Assembly: GCA_049616955.1 (NCBI GenBank)
Contig: JBMZIJ010000001.1
Location: 753 to 64,752, forward strand
From: Candidatus Poseidoniaceae archaeon
GTDB lineage: Archaea; Thermoplasmatota; Poseidoniia; Poseidoniales; Poseidoniaceae
Direction: 5' to 3'
DNA: 64,000 nucleotides
The translations under genes were made by a program, and so were the position numbers. The stretch's first letter is position 1. Each line of letters opens with the position of its first letter. The notes beneath the pieces were generated by a model. That model was not told where the DNA came from. It ran no database searches and saw nothing but the letters and a program-made list of their open reading frames with translations. Below, piece after piece: positions 9,718 to 19,763 of the stretch.

Positions 9718-10083
9718 ATGACGAGTGCCGCTGATGATTCGATGGAACTCGAAGCATTCCGTCAACGTCGTCAACTCGAACTTCAACAGCAACTTGAGCA
9801 ACAAGCAAAACAGCAAGCTGCTGAAGAAGTTGAATCGCAAGTTCAAGCTCAAGAACAACAAGCACTTGACCAGGCAATGAAAACCATCCTTACTTCAGAA
9901 GCACGTGGCCGCTTGACCAACATTTCATTGGTTGATTCCAACAAGGCAGAATTACTCAAGCGCCAACTTGTATCACTTCATGACCAACAAAAAATTTCAA
10001 TTCCTGTCAACGACGATCAGTTGAAGAGAATCCTAGCAAGCCTATCCAAGAGCCGCAGAGATGCGTCTATCCGTCGAATCTAA
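9718..10083 (+). CDS. PDCD5/TFAR19-family DNA-binding protein
   Basis: ILTSEARGRLTNISLV motif; conserved position after rpS19e in archaea. Confidence 0.9.
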   Translation: MTSAADDSMELEAFRQRRQLELQQQLEQQAKQQAAEEVESQVQAQEQQALDQAMKTILTSEARGRLTNISLVDSNKAELLKRQLVSLHDQQKISIPVNDDQLKRILASLSKSRRDASIRRI

Positions 10084-10098
10084 GAGGGGTGCTCGAAT

Positions 10099-10254
10099 AT
10101 GTCAAAGAATAAACCAGCAGCAAAGAAAATTCGCCTCATGAAGGCAGGAAAGCAGAACCGACGTGTCCCGGTATGGGTCATGTTGAAAACGAACAGAAAC
10201 ACAGTGTCACATCCTAAGCGACACCATTGGCGACGTAGCAAGTTGCAGCGATGA
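10099..10254 (+). CDS. rpl39e: 50S ribosomal protein L39e
   Basis: Read manually: [51 protein letters not shown]. Confidence 0.97.
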   Translation: MSKNKPAAKKIRLMKAGKQNRRVPVWVMLKTNRNTVSHPKRHHWRRSKLQR

Positions 10255-10265
10255 GGTGATGAGGT

Positions 10266-10544
10266 ATGGCAAGAGCAGCAACATCAGAATTGGTCGTCCC
10301 TCTCCGAAAGGCTTGGAACATCACTCGCTTCAAGCGTGCACCACGTGCTATCCAAATCATTCGTGATGAAGTCATTCGTCATTTGAAAGTCCTTCCCGAA
10401 GAAGAGATTTACATTGATCCTTCAGTAAATGAAAAAATCTGGGAACGAGGAATCGAAAACCCACCACGTAAGATTCGATTGACTGTCATCCGTCACGATG
10501 AGCCAGATATCCCAATTGAAGTTAAATTGTATGAGGAGGCCTGA
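10266..10544 (+). CDS. rpl31e: 50S ribosomal protein L31e
   Basis: KRAPRAI and [22 protein letters not shown] motifs. Confidence 0.96.
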   Translation: MARAATSELVVPLRKAWNITRFKRAPRAIQIIRDEVIRHLKVLPEEEIYIDPSVNEKIWERGIENPPRKIRLTVIRHDEPDIPIEVKLYEEA

Positions 10545-10546
10545 AG

Positions 10547-10738
10547 ATGGGAAACATTCGTCCTAGTTTTATCAAAATTCGAGCTATTCGTCTTGTCGAG
10601 GAACACGGTGAGAAATTCACCGATGACTTTGACCATAACAAGAAAATGGTCGAACAATTGACCGACGTTAGCACCAAGAAATTGCGAAACTGGATTGCTG
10701 GTTACGTAACTCGCTACCGTCAACGTCGTACCGATTGA
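10547..10738 (+). CDS. rps17e: 30S ribosomal protein S17e
   Basis: [20 protein letters not shown] and [13 protein letters not shown] motifs. Confidence 0.97.
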   Translation: MGNIRPSFIKIRAIRLVEEHGEKFTDDFDHNKKMVEQLTDVSTKKLRNWIAGYVTRYRQRRTD

Positions 10739-10748
10739 GGTCATCAAC

Positions 10749-10970
10749 GTGCCCATATGGGTTGATTGGAACAGAACTCCAGTCTCTGTTCATGGTTCTG
10801 AACAAGCCACGCTTGAACGATTGATTCTTCATCTTCGAAATACTCACAACGTTCGAAGACGTTCATTGGTAATGGCCGATCGAGAACAAGGAGGTTTCCT
10901 TTTCTTTCTCTATCAGGCATGTAATCCATTATGGATTGCGGAATTTCTTGCTCAATTGGAGGAAGAGTGA
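10749..10970 (+). CDS. Hypothetical 73-aa protein in the ribosomal operon
   Basis: GTG start after a GAGGT SD; stop overlaps the next ATG. Confidence 0.7.
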   Translation: MPIWVDWNRTPVSVHGSEQATLERLILHLRNTHNVRRRSLVMADREQGGFLFFLYQACNPLWIAEFLAQLEEE

Positions 10971-11806
10971 TGGGTGAACGAAGTGATCTTCCACTACCCT
11001 TCTGCAATTATACGCTTCACGTAGTGTTGGTGGGTACACAACACCCAGGTAATCTTGGCGCTGTATGCCGTTCTCTCTTGAATCATGGATTCGATTCACT
11101 GCGTCTGGTTCAACCTCAATGTCACCCTGATGATGTTGAAGCTCGCAACCGTGCCAAGCATGCAGGTAGAGTTCTCGATGCTTGTCAGATATACAGCACA
11201 TTTGAAGAGGCTATTTCCGACTGTTCACTCGTTGTTGGCACGTCTGGGAAAAGAGAAATTGGAGATAAAACCCAAAAGCGTCATTTCATGTACCCTTGGG
11301 AATTTGTTGACAGGGTTTCCACGACGCAACAATCTGTCGCATTGGTCTTTGGAGAAGAGGGCATGGGATTGAGTACAGAAGACCTCCTGCGTTGCGATTA
11401 TTTGGTTACACTGCCAACGTGGGAAGGTTATCCAATCACCAATCTAAGTCACGCAGTTCATACCCTTACGTATGAACTTCACCGCCAACGGGTATTGGAT
11501 GGTCAAGGTCGAGATGCCGCATTACCAGACATTGTTCCAATTGAACGCTCAATCTCGCCGGAACAACGCCGAGTTTTACGGAAATCCATTGATGATATTG
11601 CTCGTTTTCTACCAGGTGGTGAAGAACGTAGAATCTCATTTTCGCACTCACTTACGCGGGCGCTCCAGCGCTCAGGACTCGAAACAGATCAAACCAATCG
11701 GTTGATTGGTGGTTTTGTGGATGCATCCACAGCATTGGAATTCGTATCACAGGACACAACTTGGAGATCAAGCCGCAGACGTCGAGTACTTCTTGAGGAA
11801 GAATAG
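10970..11806 (+). CDS. trmJ: TrmJ/TrmH-family SPOUT RNA 2'-O-methyltransferase
   Basis: GNLGAVCR, ALVFGEEGMGL and NLSHAV motifs. Confidence 0.85.
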   Translation: MGERSDLPLPFCNYTLHVVLVGTQHPGNLGAVCRSLLNHGFDSLRLVQPQCHPDDVEARNRAKHAGRVLDACQIYSTFEEAISDCSLVVGTSGKREIGDKTQKRHFMYPWEFVDRVSTTQQSVALVFGEEGMGLSTEDLLRCDYLVTLPTWEGYPITNLSHAVHTLTYELHRQRVLDGQGRDAALPDIVPIERSISPEQRRVLRKSIDDIARFLPGGEERRISFSHSLTRALQRSGLETDQTNRLIGGFVDASTALEFVSQDTTWRSSRRRRVLLEEE

Positions 11807-12256
11807 TCATTCGTACCATGATGCCCAACTTTTTGGGGTTTCTCGAACATGCATAGCAACCAATCGTAATCTGTTTCCATATGCTGTCTGGATATGTGGC
11901 TGGACTTGTTCAAAAGCCCATTTTGCAAGATTCTCTGCTGTTGGAATAAACGGTACAATCACAGTTCGATGATCCGATGAAAGGCCTGACAGCACCACAC
12001 GTGCCTCTTCATCACCCTCGTAGACAACGAAGGCATGATCCACAACGTCATGGATATGAACAGTTAAGATTTGACTCACATCACTGAAATCCATGAGCAT
12101 ACCCTCTTCGCTGACACCTGAGGTTTCTACAATATCACCTTCAATCTCAGCCTCAAATCGGTAACGATGGCCATGAAAATGACGGCACTTGCTCTTGTGA
12201 TTCGGTACTCGATGCCCAGTGTCTGTTTCAACATATCTTCGAATTCTTGTTGTCAT
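11807..12256 (-). CDS. queD: 6-carboxy-5,6,7,8-tetrahydropterin synthase
   Basis: [22 protein letters not shown] and VRETP motifs. Confidence 0.93.
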   Translation of the reverse strand: MTTRIRRYVETDTGHRVPNHKSKCRHFHGHRYRFEAEIEGDIVETSGVSEEGMLMDFSDVSQILTVHIHDVVDHAFVVYEGDEEARVVLSGLSSDHRTVIVPFIPTAENLAKWAFEQVQPHIQTAYGNRLRLVAMHVRETPKSWASWYE

Positions 12257-12636
12257 TCTTTCACCTCAAATCTCATGGCTGCACTATTGATGCAGTAACG
12301 TTCTCCACCATGTATTTTCGGTCCATCATTGAAGACATGACCAAGGTGGGCATTGCAGGTTCCACAGCGAACCTCTACTCGAGTCATCCCATGGGATGTA
12401 TCGATGATACGAGAAATTCCTGCCTCATGGTGCTCGGTATGGAAAGCGGGCCAGCCACATCCCGAGTCAAATTTCATCTGATTGTTGAAGAGTAACGTAT
12501 CACAAACAATGCAGAAATAGTCTCCCTGCCGGTATTCTTTGTTCAATACGCCAGTGAATGGGCGCTCAGTACCGTTTTGTTGCGTTACGTAATAGGAGAG
12601 TTCAGAAAGGGCTGCAATACGTTCATCGAGATTCAT
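12253..12636 (-). CDS. msrB: Peptide-methionine (R)-S-oxide reductase
   Basis: [23 protein letters not shown] and RYCINS motifs. Confidence 0.97.
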   Translation of the reverse strand: MNLDERIAALSELSYYVTQQNGTERPFTGVLNKEYRQGDYFCIVCDTLLFNNQMKFDSGCGWPAFHTEHHEAGISRIIDTSHGMTRVEVRCGTCNAHLGHVFNDGPKIHGGERYCINSAAMRFEVKE

Positions 12637-12639
12637 AAT

Positions 12640-13419
12640 CTATTCCTCCTTGAATTCCTTTTCAATCTGTAAGGCATGACGAAGAACATCTTCCCATGGT
12701 TCAAGATATTCGATCGGATCTTCTCGGCCAATGGCGTGAAATGCAAGGATGCGCTCAACGTCAGAACCACTTTTTCCAGAACTTCGCCCATGATTATCGG
12801 GATTGTAAGACGTGATGGTGTTGCTGAGGACAGTATCAAAATCGAGGTCGAGTTTTGTTGTGCTTTCCAATCCATCCAAGAGTATTGAGGTTTTATCTCC
12901 ATGTAAATATGGCAAATCGAATTCTACCAATTCACTCTCCCAGTTGCCTATTTCAAAGGCAGCTTGCAGAGCAGTGTAAAACTCAGGACGGCAATCAGGA
13001 TAAATTGCATGATCTCCACTATGAACGCCGAGTGCAAGAAGGACTTTCTCATTCATTCTTTTTGCCTCCGATAGTGCAAATCCATACAAGATTGAAGCGA
13101 AGATAGCGTTTCTGTTCGGTACTACAGTTTGTTTCATTTGCGTTTCTTCATAGTGTCCAGTTGGAACTTCTTGCTCGCTTGAGGTTAAGGCAGAATCAAA
13201 AAGGCTCATTGCAGGGGAAAGATCAACGACATGGTGGCTCACTCTCATTCCCTTTTCATTGCATAGTTTGATTGTTGATTTCGCACGCTCAATTTCAATT
13301 GCGTGCTTTTGCCCATAGTTGTATGAGATACAGATTGCTTTGTAGTCTTGGGAGAGATAATGCATAAGCAGGCATGTAGAATCCATGCCTCCACTCAATG
13401 CCATGACCACCGTTTTCAT
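12640..13419 (-). CDS. queC: 7-cyano-7-deazaguanine synthase
   Basis: SGGMDS, VPNRN and YPDCRPEF motifs; ATGA overlap with the queE stop. Confidence 0.95.
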   Translation of the reverse strand: MKTVVMALSGGMDSTCLLMHYLSQDYKAICISYNYGQKHAIEIERAKSTIKLCNEKGMRVSHHVVDLSPAMSLFDSALTSSEQEVPTGHYEETQMKQTVVPNRNAIFASILYGFALSEAKRMNEKVLLALGVHSGDHAIYPDCRPEFYTALQAAFEIGNWESELVEFDLPYLHGDKTSILLDGLESTTKLDLDFDTVLSNTITSYNPDNHGRSSGKSGSDVERILAFHAIGREDPIEYLEPWEDVLRHALQIEKEFKEE

Positions 13420-14066
13420 AGTATACCCATCCATTTATGCGTCTGTAGCGATAATCTCCAACCCTTGTGTTCTTTGACGATTTGTTCTGTAGCCTGAAAC
13501 AAGACTCCATTTTCTTCAATCGATGCAGTCTCAATGTAACAAGGTTGAATGAAGTGATGCTCAAAGCCAACTTTGAGTTCATCATACATGTCTAATTGCT
13601 GGCCACAATAGACCACCTTCAGTTCATTGCCAATACGTTGACGTATGACTGAATTCGGGTAGACCTGATCTTTTGGTGATACGCAAATCCAGTCGAGCAA
13701 TCCGTCTGGTATCTCAATGGTCCCATTACTCTCAATGGAGAGATTGTAGCCACGACGTTTCAACAACCTATGCAATGGCCACAAATCGTGAAGCATGGGT
13801 TCACCTCCGGTGAAAATGATACGCTTACAGTCGTACTGCAGTATTTCACTGAGTACATCGATTGCAGTCATTGTTTCGAAGGTGTCAAAATCCGTGTCGC
13901 ACCATGAACATCGAAGATTGCATGTTCCAAATCGAACAAAAACATGAGGTAGTCCGGCATGGAAACCTTCACCCTGTACTGAATGAAAGATTTCTACAAT
14001 TGGGTATTCTTGTGCAAGATCCTTAGGGTCATCACCTATTGCTTCACCTGCTCGTTGACAGTCCAT
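13416..14066 (-). CDS. queE: 7-carboxy-7-deazaguanine synthase (radical SAM)
   Basis: EIFHSVQGEG, CNLRCSWCDT, TGGEP and WRLSLQTHK motifs. Confidence 0.95.
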   Translation of the reverse strand: MDCQRAGEAIGDDPKDLAQEYPIVEIFHSVQGEGFHAGLPHVFVRFGTCNLRCSWCDTDFDTFETMTAIDVLSEILQYDCKRIIFTGGEPMLHDLWPLHRLLKRRGYNLSIESNGTIEIPDGLLDWICVSPKDQVYPNSVIRQRIGNELKVVYCGQQLDMYDELKVGFEHHFIQPCYIETASIEENGVLFQATEQIVKEHKGWRLSLQTHKWMGIL

Positions 14067-14072
14067 GAACAA

Positions 14073-14642
14073 TCAACTCGAGTTTTCAATCAGTTGCATT
14101 AGTTCGTTGCGGGCTTCTTGCTTATCGAAGAATACTCCACGCATAGCGCTCGTCGTCATAATCGCGTTTTGTTTTCGAACTCCACGGCATCGCATGCATC
14201 CATGGGATGCCTGGATGATTACTGCAGCACCCAGAGGATTGAGGTGTTCAACCAAATCGTTTGCAACATTGTTGGTAATTCTCTCTTGATTTTGCAATCT
14301 CAGAGCATGATGGTCAACAATACGGGCAAGTTTTGAAATTCCAACGATTCGATCTACCGGGATGTAAGCGACATGTGCCTTTCCGCTAAATGGTTGAAGG
14401 TGATGTTCACACGTTGAATGAAATTCAATGTTGCTTAACAAGACAATACCATCGTATCCTTCGGCGTTGAATGTTGCTTGTAAGATTGTTTCTGCATTGG
14501 TTGTGTACCCTGAGAAGACTTCATCCCATGAATCGATAACGCGCTTTGGCGTATCCAGTAATCCTTCTCGATTCGGATCCGATTCAAGGTATTGCAACAA
14601 CGTACGGACAGCATTTTCAGCTTCAGTTCGATCGGCCATCAT
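14073..14642 (-). CDS. folE: GTP cyclohydrolase I (type IA)
   Basis: GLLDTPKRV, CEHHL, GISKLAR and HGCMRCRGV motifs. Confidence 0.96.
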   Translation of the reverse strand: MMADRTEAENAVRTLLQYLESDPNREGLLDTPKRVIDSWDEVFSGYTTNAETILQATFNAEGYDGIVLLSNIEFHSTCEHHLQPFSGKAHVAYIPVDRIVGISKLARIVDHHALRLQNQERITNNVANDLVEHLNPLGAAVIIQASHGCMRCRGVRKQNAIMTTSAMRGVFFDKQEARNELMQLIENSS

Positions 14643-14814
14643 CTTCACCCCCAATACGTCCATGTCTCAAATCAATTGTATCGAGTTGATCGAGCAATTT
14701 TCGGCATGCTGAACGGATAGCATCAGCCATGCTGATGAATTTCTTGTCATCTCCAACGTGTTGCTTAAGATCCACCAGCAGTTGATTTGGCATGTCCAAA
14801 CTTATCTTCGGCAT
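14623..14814 (-). CDS. Ribbon-helix-helix (CopG-like) DNA-binding protein
   Basis: MPKISLDMP...FISMADAIRSACRKLL strand-helix-helix pattern. Confidence 0.8.
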   Translation of the reverse strand: MPKISLDMPNQLLVDLKQHVGDDKKFISMADAIRSACRKLLDQLDTIDLRHGRIGGEDDGRSN

Positions 14815-14848
14815 ACTCTGGCCATACTATGGTAATATTTGAAGAATA

Positions 14849-16063
14849 CTATGACTTCGTCGTTATGATATCCTCTCGGTGAAATTGTTTTGCAGCATAA
14901 CGAACAGTGAGCAGACATACAAGTGAGGAGACAAAAACCCAAACAAGGACGTGTTCGAGAATGATTCGATTCAACAACAATTCTCTCAACCCGAGTAGAA
15001 CATTGACAAATGGTACACCAAACCAGAACATTTCGACATCGTCTAAATTGATGAACTGCGTCAGAAGAATTGGCATAATCATGGCAAGTGTGATCGGTGT
15101 CAGGACCGAACCTGCTTCCTTGACGGACTTTGATCGCATGGCGAGAGCGAGATACAACGCCACAATCATTGTTCCATAGAATCCTACGGCTAACGCCAGT
15201 AATAGTACTGCGCCAATGCTCAACGATGGGACATCGATGAAATCACTTGCCAAGTAGGCAATTCCAAACAGTAATCCTCCGATCTGTAATGTTACACCTA
15301 CTGCAGTAATGGAAACAACTGCAAGCCATTTGCCAAGCAACAATTCCGTACGTGAGAGGGGTAGGCTCAACAGAGATTCCAATGTCCCCCGCTCTCGTTC
15401 ACCAACGGTCATGTCAATCGCAGGCTGTACTGCAGCGCTTGCTGTCCAGATTGCCAATACAAACGGTATGAAAAGGGAAAGAATCATTCCGGCTTGTTCG
15501 CCTTTTGTTGCAACGTCTCCATCCGCAATGATACCATCCCATTGTAAGGGATTCAGCGTCGATTCAACATCGAGACCAGCCGATTCAATTCGTTGTGCCG
15601 TTAAATCTTCTTCCCATTGAATTAAGACACCTAAAATTCGGCTTCTAGCTTCGTTTGATTGCTCTGATGTCGACAGATGAAGAATGGCATAATACCAGGT
15701 ATTGTTTCTGAGTTCTATCCTCAATATGGCGTCATATTCGAGATTGCGCAACTGTTCCGTACTGTTTTCAGAATCTGATAACGTGGTAAGATCATCACTT
15801 AATGGCTCTAATGTGATGTATGCGGATTGGTTCTCAATCATTTCAACTAACGTCGATTCGATGTCGTCTGATTGGATTAAAATATCGACCGTCTTTTCAT
15901 CAAGTTCAGCAGCCTCATTCTGCATAACGATTGGAAAGGCAATAAACAGCAAAGGAAACAGGAGAAGTGGAATCAATACAAGTGCTACGATCGTACGCCA
16001 ATCGCGTATAAACTCAATAATTTCCTTCTTAGCAACGATAACGATTCTTTTGCGGCTACTCAT
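14849..16063 (-). CDS. ABC-2 type permease (NatB-like)
   Basis: KKEIIEFIRD and GERERGTLESLL motifs; multiple TM helices. Confidence 0.88.
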   Translation of the reverse strand: MSSRKRIVIVAKKEIIEFIRDWRTIVALVLIPLLLFPLLFIAFPIVMQNEAAELDEKTVDILIQSDDIESTLVEMIENQSAYITLEPLSDDLTTLSDSENSTEQLRNLEYDAILRIELRNNTWYYAILHLSTSEQSNEARSRILGVLIQWEEDLTAQRIESAGLDVESTLNPLQWDGIIADGDVATKGEQAGMILSLFIPFVLAIWTASAAVQPAIDMTVGERERGTLESLLSLPLSRTELLLGKWLAVVSITAVGVTLQIGGLLFGIAYLASDFIDVPSLSIGAVLLLALAVGFYGTMIVALYLALAMRSKSVKEAGSVLTPITLAMIMPILLTQFINLDDVEMFWFGVPFVNVLLGLRELLLNRIILEHVLVWVFVSSLVCLLTVRYAAKQFHREDIITTKS

Positions 16064-16892
16064 CTTCGTTCACCTCCATTTTGGTTGAAGGTGTAACGAG
16101 TCTTCTCCACAGCTTCGAAATATTCGAAGGTTGTTCAGTATCTTCCATTCGTGGTCGTGCTGTTTCACTTGTTAACGAAACATAGGCTTCTTCCAATGTT
16201 TTAGTATTTGTAAGGCCAAGTAATTCATCAGGTGTACCGTCTGCTTGAATCAAACCGTTGTGAACAATAATGATACGGTCACAGACCTGTTGGGCTTCAG
16301 CAAGATGATGTGTAGAATAAATCACCGTCCCACCTTCATTCTTGAGGTTTCGAACGAGTTGTCGCACAGTTCGTGCAGACGTAACATCGAGTCCACCTGT
16401 TGGTTCATCCAAAAGCAGAATTTGAGGGCCATGAGCAAGGGCTCGAAGAAGTGCAGTTTTCTGTTTCATACCACGAGAGAATCCTTCAGTATATCTGTGA
16501 AGAGATTCATCGATATCCAACAATTTCGCGAATCGATACGTTCGATTCCATGCTAATTGATCATCGATACCATGCAGCCGACTATGATATCGAATGTTTT
16601 CCCAGGCTGTTAATTTCGAGTACAGGCCTGTTGACTCAGGCACCACGCCAAGAACAGATCGCATCTCAGATACTGGACGTTTGTTGCTGAGTTCAACCGA
16701 GCCTTCAGTTGGCCTGTATACGCCAGACATGAGACGAAGGAGTGTCGTCTTACCAGCACCATTCCCTCCAACCAAACCAATCACAGAGTTTTGGTGTATG
16801 TCGATATTGACATGTTCAATGGCTTGTACATCACCAAATGATTTCTTAACATTGATGAGTCTCAACAGTGGTTCCATTTGGAACACACTCAA
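16056..16892 (-). CDS. ABC transporter ATP-binding subunit (NatA-like)
   Basis: GGNGAGKTT, FSRGM and LLLDEPT motifs. Confidence 0.93.
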   Translation of the reverse strand: MSVFQMEPLLRLINVKKSFGDVQAIEHVNIDIHQNSVIGLVGGNGAGKTTLLRLMSGVYRPTEGSVELSNKRPVSEMRSVLGVVPESTGLYSKLTAWENIRYHSRLHGIDDQLAWNRTYRFAKLLDIDESLHRYTEGFSRGMKQKTALLRALAHGPQILLLDEPTGGLDVTSARTVRQLVRNLKNEGGTVIYSTHHLAEAQQVCDRIIIVHNGLIQADGTPDELLGLTNTKTLEEAYVSLTSETARPRMEDTEQPSNISKLWRRLVTPSTKMEVNEDE

Positions 16893-17194
16893 GATGCACG
16901 TCCGCTCTCAACGGCAAAATCCAAGCCTGGATGCTTTTCTTCCAAGCGTTTTGCACGTTCAAGTGTGTTGCGAAGCTCCTGTTGAATTTCTTTTTGTGAG
17001 ACTCCCATTTCAATCAATGTTCCAATCAGTTCAAACGCACCCTGAACTGCACCTGCATCAAGAAATGCTTCATTGGTAATGGTTCCATTGTATCGTAATG
17101 TTTCCAATTGTTGAGAAAGATATTCCGATTCTTGGCGAATACGGGGTCCAGCAACGTGCGGCAGGGCCATCAGAAGGTCAATGCAACTTCTCAT
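16889..17194 (-). CDS. Hypothetical protein
   Basis: 101-aa helical ORF whose stop overlaps the ABC ATPase start. Confidence 0.7.
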   Translation of the reverse strand: MRSCIDLLMALPHVAGPRIRQESEYLSQQLETLRYNGTITNEAFLDAGAVQGAFELIGTLIEMGVSQKEIQQELRNTLERAKRLEEKHPGLDFAVESGRAS

Positions 17195-17244
17195 CAGATA
17201 ACAGAAGTCAAGGACGATTATGAGGATTCTGTTTTTTCACTCTC

Positions 17245-17664
17245 TCAACGTTGCTTGAGTTCCACAAGAATGCCACCCGTACTTTTCGGATGTACGAAGG
17301 CAATCAGTGAATCATGTGCGCCTTTTCGTGGAGTCGAGTCAATCATCATGATTTGGTTTTCGAGAAGATGTTCGATCATGGATTCTAAATCGTCCACTGC
17401 AAGACATAATTGTTGAATTCCTGGCCCCCTTTTAGCCAAAAATCGGCCAATGGGAGTGTTCTCTCCTGTTGCTTCTAAAATTTCGATATTTGTTGTATCA
17501 TCATTGATTGATGCGAGTGGAAAAAACCTCGTGATAACGCCTTGATCTTCAACAACCTCATCATCTCCTGAAGATACAAGCCCAAGGAGTTCCCAGAAAC
17601 GACTGCCTTGATCGAGCGTCAATGCAGCAATTCCAACATGGTCGATGGTTATTCTTTGCTTCAT
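17245..17664 (-). CDS. mce: Methylmalonyl-CoA epimerase (VOC fold)
   Basis: IDHVGIA and IAFVHPKSTGGILVEL motifs; adjacent to the mutase. Confidence 0.9.
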   Translation of the reverse strand: MKQRITIDHVGIAALTLDQGSRFWELLGLVSSGDDEVVEDQGVITRFFPLASINDDTTNIEILEATGENTPIGRFLAKRGPGIQQLCLAVDDLESMIEHLLENQIMMIDSTPRKGAHDSLIAFVHPKSTGGILVELKQR

Positions 17665-17672
17665 AATCTCAC

Positions 17673-19247
17673 CTAAAACCCACTCGGGGCGGAGTACGTT
17701 CCAAATTCGTCCTTCATGGCTTTCATGATTTCACCAAGCGTTGCTTCAAGACGAACCGCTTCAAGTACAAGGGGAAACAGATTGTCTCCGTTGTGCGCTG
17801 AATTTGTAATGGAATTCAATACCTCTTGAATTTTTGAGGCGTCACGATTTTTGCGTAGATGATCTAAACGTTCGTGTTGATTTTTAGCAACTTCGGGATT
17901 CAATTTCATTGGCTTGATTTGGATGTATTCATCCATCGTGCCATGGTTAATGCCAACAATGCGACGCGACCCACGTTCAATTTCATTGAAATAACGATAA
18001 GCAGTTGTATGAATTTCTTGTTGTTGGTAACCTTGCTCAATGGCTTTCAACGAGCCACCCATCGATTCGATTTTATCGATTTCCTGGCGAGCTTGTTGGT
18101 ATATTTCATCCGTTAGGGCTTCTATATGGTACGATCCAGCAAATGGATCGACGACATCTGCAACACCTGATTCTTCGGCAATGATTTGTTGTGTTCGTAA
18201 TGCAATCGTAGCACTTTCTTCTGTTGGCAGACCCAATGCTTCATCGAAACTGTTGGTATGCAAGCTCTGTGTACCACCACATACAGCAGCTAAGGCTTGT
18301 ATTGTAACTCGACTAATGTTGTTGTATGGTTGTTGTGCCGTGAGTGAGACACCTGCAACTTGTGTGTGGAAACGCAACTGGGTTGAACGCGGGTGCGATG
18401 GAGCATAACGTTCGACCATCAAATCATGCCAAAGACGACGTGCTGCTCGGAACTTTGAGATTTCTTCCAAGAAATCGTTGTGGCAATTAAAGAAGAAGGA
18501 GAGACGCGGAGCAAAGGAGTCAACATCAAGACCCTTTTCACAAGCTGAGTCAACGTAAGCGAGGGCATTCGAGAGTGTAAAAGCCAATTCTTGTACGGCC
18601 GTTGACCCAGCTTCCCGAATATGATAGCCTGATATTGAAATGGTATTCCATTTCGGGATATGTTGGGAACAGTATTCGAATATGTCTGTGATTAATCTCA
18701 TCGAATGTTGTGGGGGAAAAACATAGGTGCCTCTTGCGATATACTCCTTGAGAATATCATTTTGAATCGTTCCAGAAATCTCCTGAATTGAGACTCCTTG
18801 TTCTTCAGCAACTACACAATACATCGCTAGAAGAATCATTGCGGGTGCATTGATGGTCATCGATGTTGAAACGTTGTCAAGTGGAATTTCTGCAAACAAA
18901 TCACGCATGTCTTGCAAACACGAAATTGATACTCCGACTTTCCCTACTTCTCCTTCACTGAGTGGATCATCTGCATCAAGGCCGAGTTGCGTAGGTAGAT
19001 CAAAAGCCACTGACAATCCTTTCTGACCTCGTTCCAGAAGGAGGCGAAATCGTTCGTTTGTCTCCTTTGCAGATGAAAAACCTGCATATTGACGCATTGT
19101 CCATAGTCGAGAACGATACATCTGCTCATGGATACCTCGTGTATAAGGCGGTTGACCAGGGCGCTCAGAGGATTCGGTTTCAGCATAAAATGCTGGAATT
19201 GGAAGCCCCCCAAGGGTCTCCCATTTGGATTTCCTCAACTCGACCAT
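17673..19247 (-). CDS. Methylmalonyl-CoA mutase, substrate-binding subunit
   Basis: WTMRQYAGF, GTIQNDILKEY and QSLHTNSFDE motifs; no B12-binding domain in this polypeptide. Confidence 0.95.
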   Translation of the reverse strand: MVELRKSKWETLGGLPIPAFYAETESSERPGQPPYTRGIHEQMYRSRLWTMRQYAGFSSAKETNERFRLLLERGQKGLSVAFDLPTQLGLDADDPLSEGEVGKVGVSISCLQDMRDLFAEIPLDNVSTSMTINAPAMILLAMYCVVAEEQGVSIQEISGTIQNDILKEYIARGTYVFPPQHSMRLITDIFEYCSQHIPKWNTISISGYHIREAGSTAVQELAFTLSNALAYVDSACEKGLDVDSFAPRLSFFFNCHNDFLEEISKFRAARRLWHDLMVERYAPSHPRSTQLRFHTQVAGVSLTAQQPYNNISRVTIQALAAVCGGTQSLHTNSFDEALGLPTEESATIALRTQQIIAEESGVADVVDPFAGSYHIEALTDEIYQQARQEIDKIESMGGSLKAIEQGYQQQEIHTTAYRYFNEIERGSRRIVGINHGTMDEYIQIKPMKLNPEVAKNQHERLDHLRKNRDASKIQEVLNSITNSAHNGDNLFPLVLEAVRLEATLGEIMKAMKDEFGTYSAPSGF

Positions 19248-19285
19248 GATTAGTCCATGAACAGACGATTCATCAAGCCTCGCTT

Positions 19286-19759
19286 TCAGTGGTGATGGCC
19301 GCCAGGGCCATGTGCATGCCCGTGCGCTATTTCTTCCTCAGTGGCTGGACGAACATCAACAACTTCTACGCTAAATTGTAGTGTCTCACCAGCAAGTTTG
19401 TGATTGAAATCGACCGTAACAGTATCTCCCTCGACGGATACAACGTTGAACGGGCCAACATCAGACATAAGCGTCATTCCCGGTTCTGGTGTGATGTCTC
19501 CAAACATCTCTGCGGGGATTTGTTGTACAGCTTCTGCAATCTTTTCGCCATAAGCGCGCTCAGGTTCAAGCGTAAATGTTCGGCGCTCTCCCTTTTGAGC
19601 TCCCATCAGTTCTTCTTCAAATCCTGGAATCATTTGTTGGTGACCTACAAGGAATGTAAGAGGATCTCGTCCTTCACTTGTGTCAAATACCTCTCCGCTC
19701 TCTGGTAATGTTCCCGTGTAATGCACGGATGCTACTGCGTCTTTCTCTACGATGGTCAT
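19286..19759 (-). CDS. slyD: FKBP-type peptidyl-prolyl isomerase with a His-rich tail
   Basis: VDFNHKLAG motif and C-terminal HGHAHGPGGHHH. Confidence 0.92.
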   Translation of the reverse strand: MTIVEKDAVASVHYTGTLPESGEVFDTSEGRDPLTFLVGHQQMIPGFEEELMGAQKGERRTFTLEPERAYGEKIAEAVQQIPAEMFGDITPEPGMTLMSDVGPFNVVSVEGDTVTVDFNHKLAGETLQFSVEVVDVRPATEEEIAHGHAHGPGGHHH

Positions 19760-19763
19760 GTGT

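Noticed and set aside
11807-14663. Deazaguanine DNA-modification (dpd) defence island
   Set aside because: No dpdA/TGT-like, helicase or nuclease genes nearby; tRNA archaeosine precursor synthesis is the simpler explanation.
14815-14848. preQ1 riboswitch upstream of the que operon
   Set aside because: The spacer is only 34 nt, looks leaderless and shows no aptamer stem or A-rich tail.
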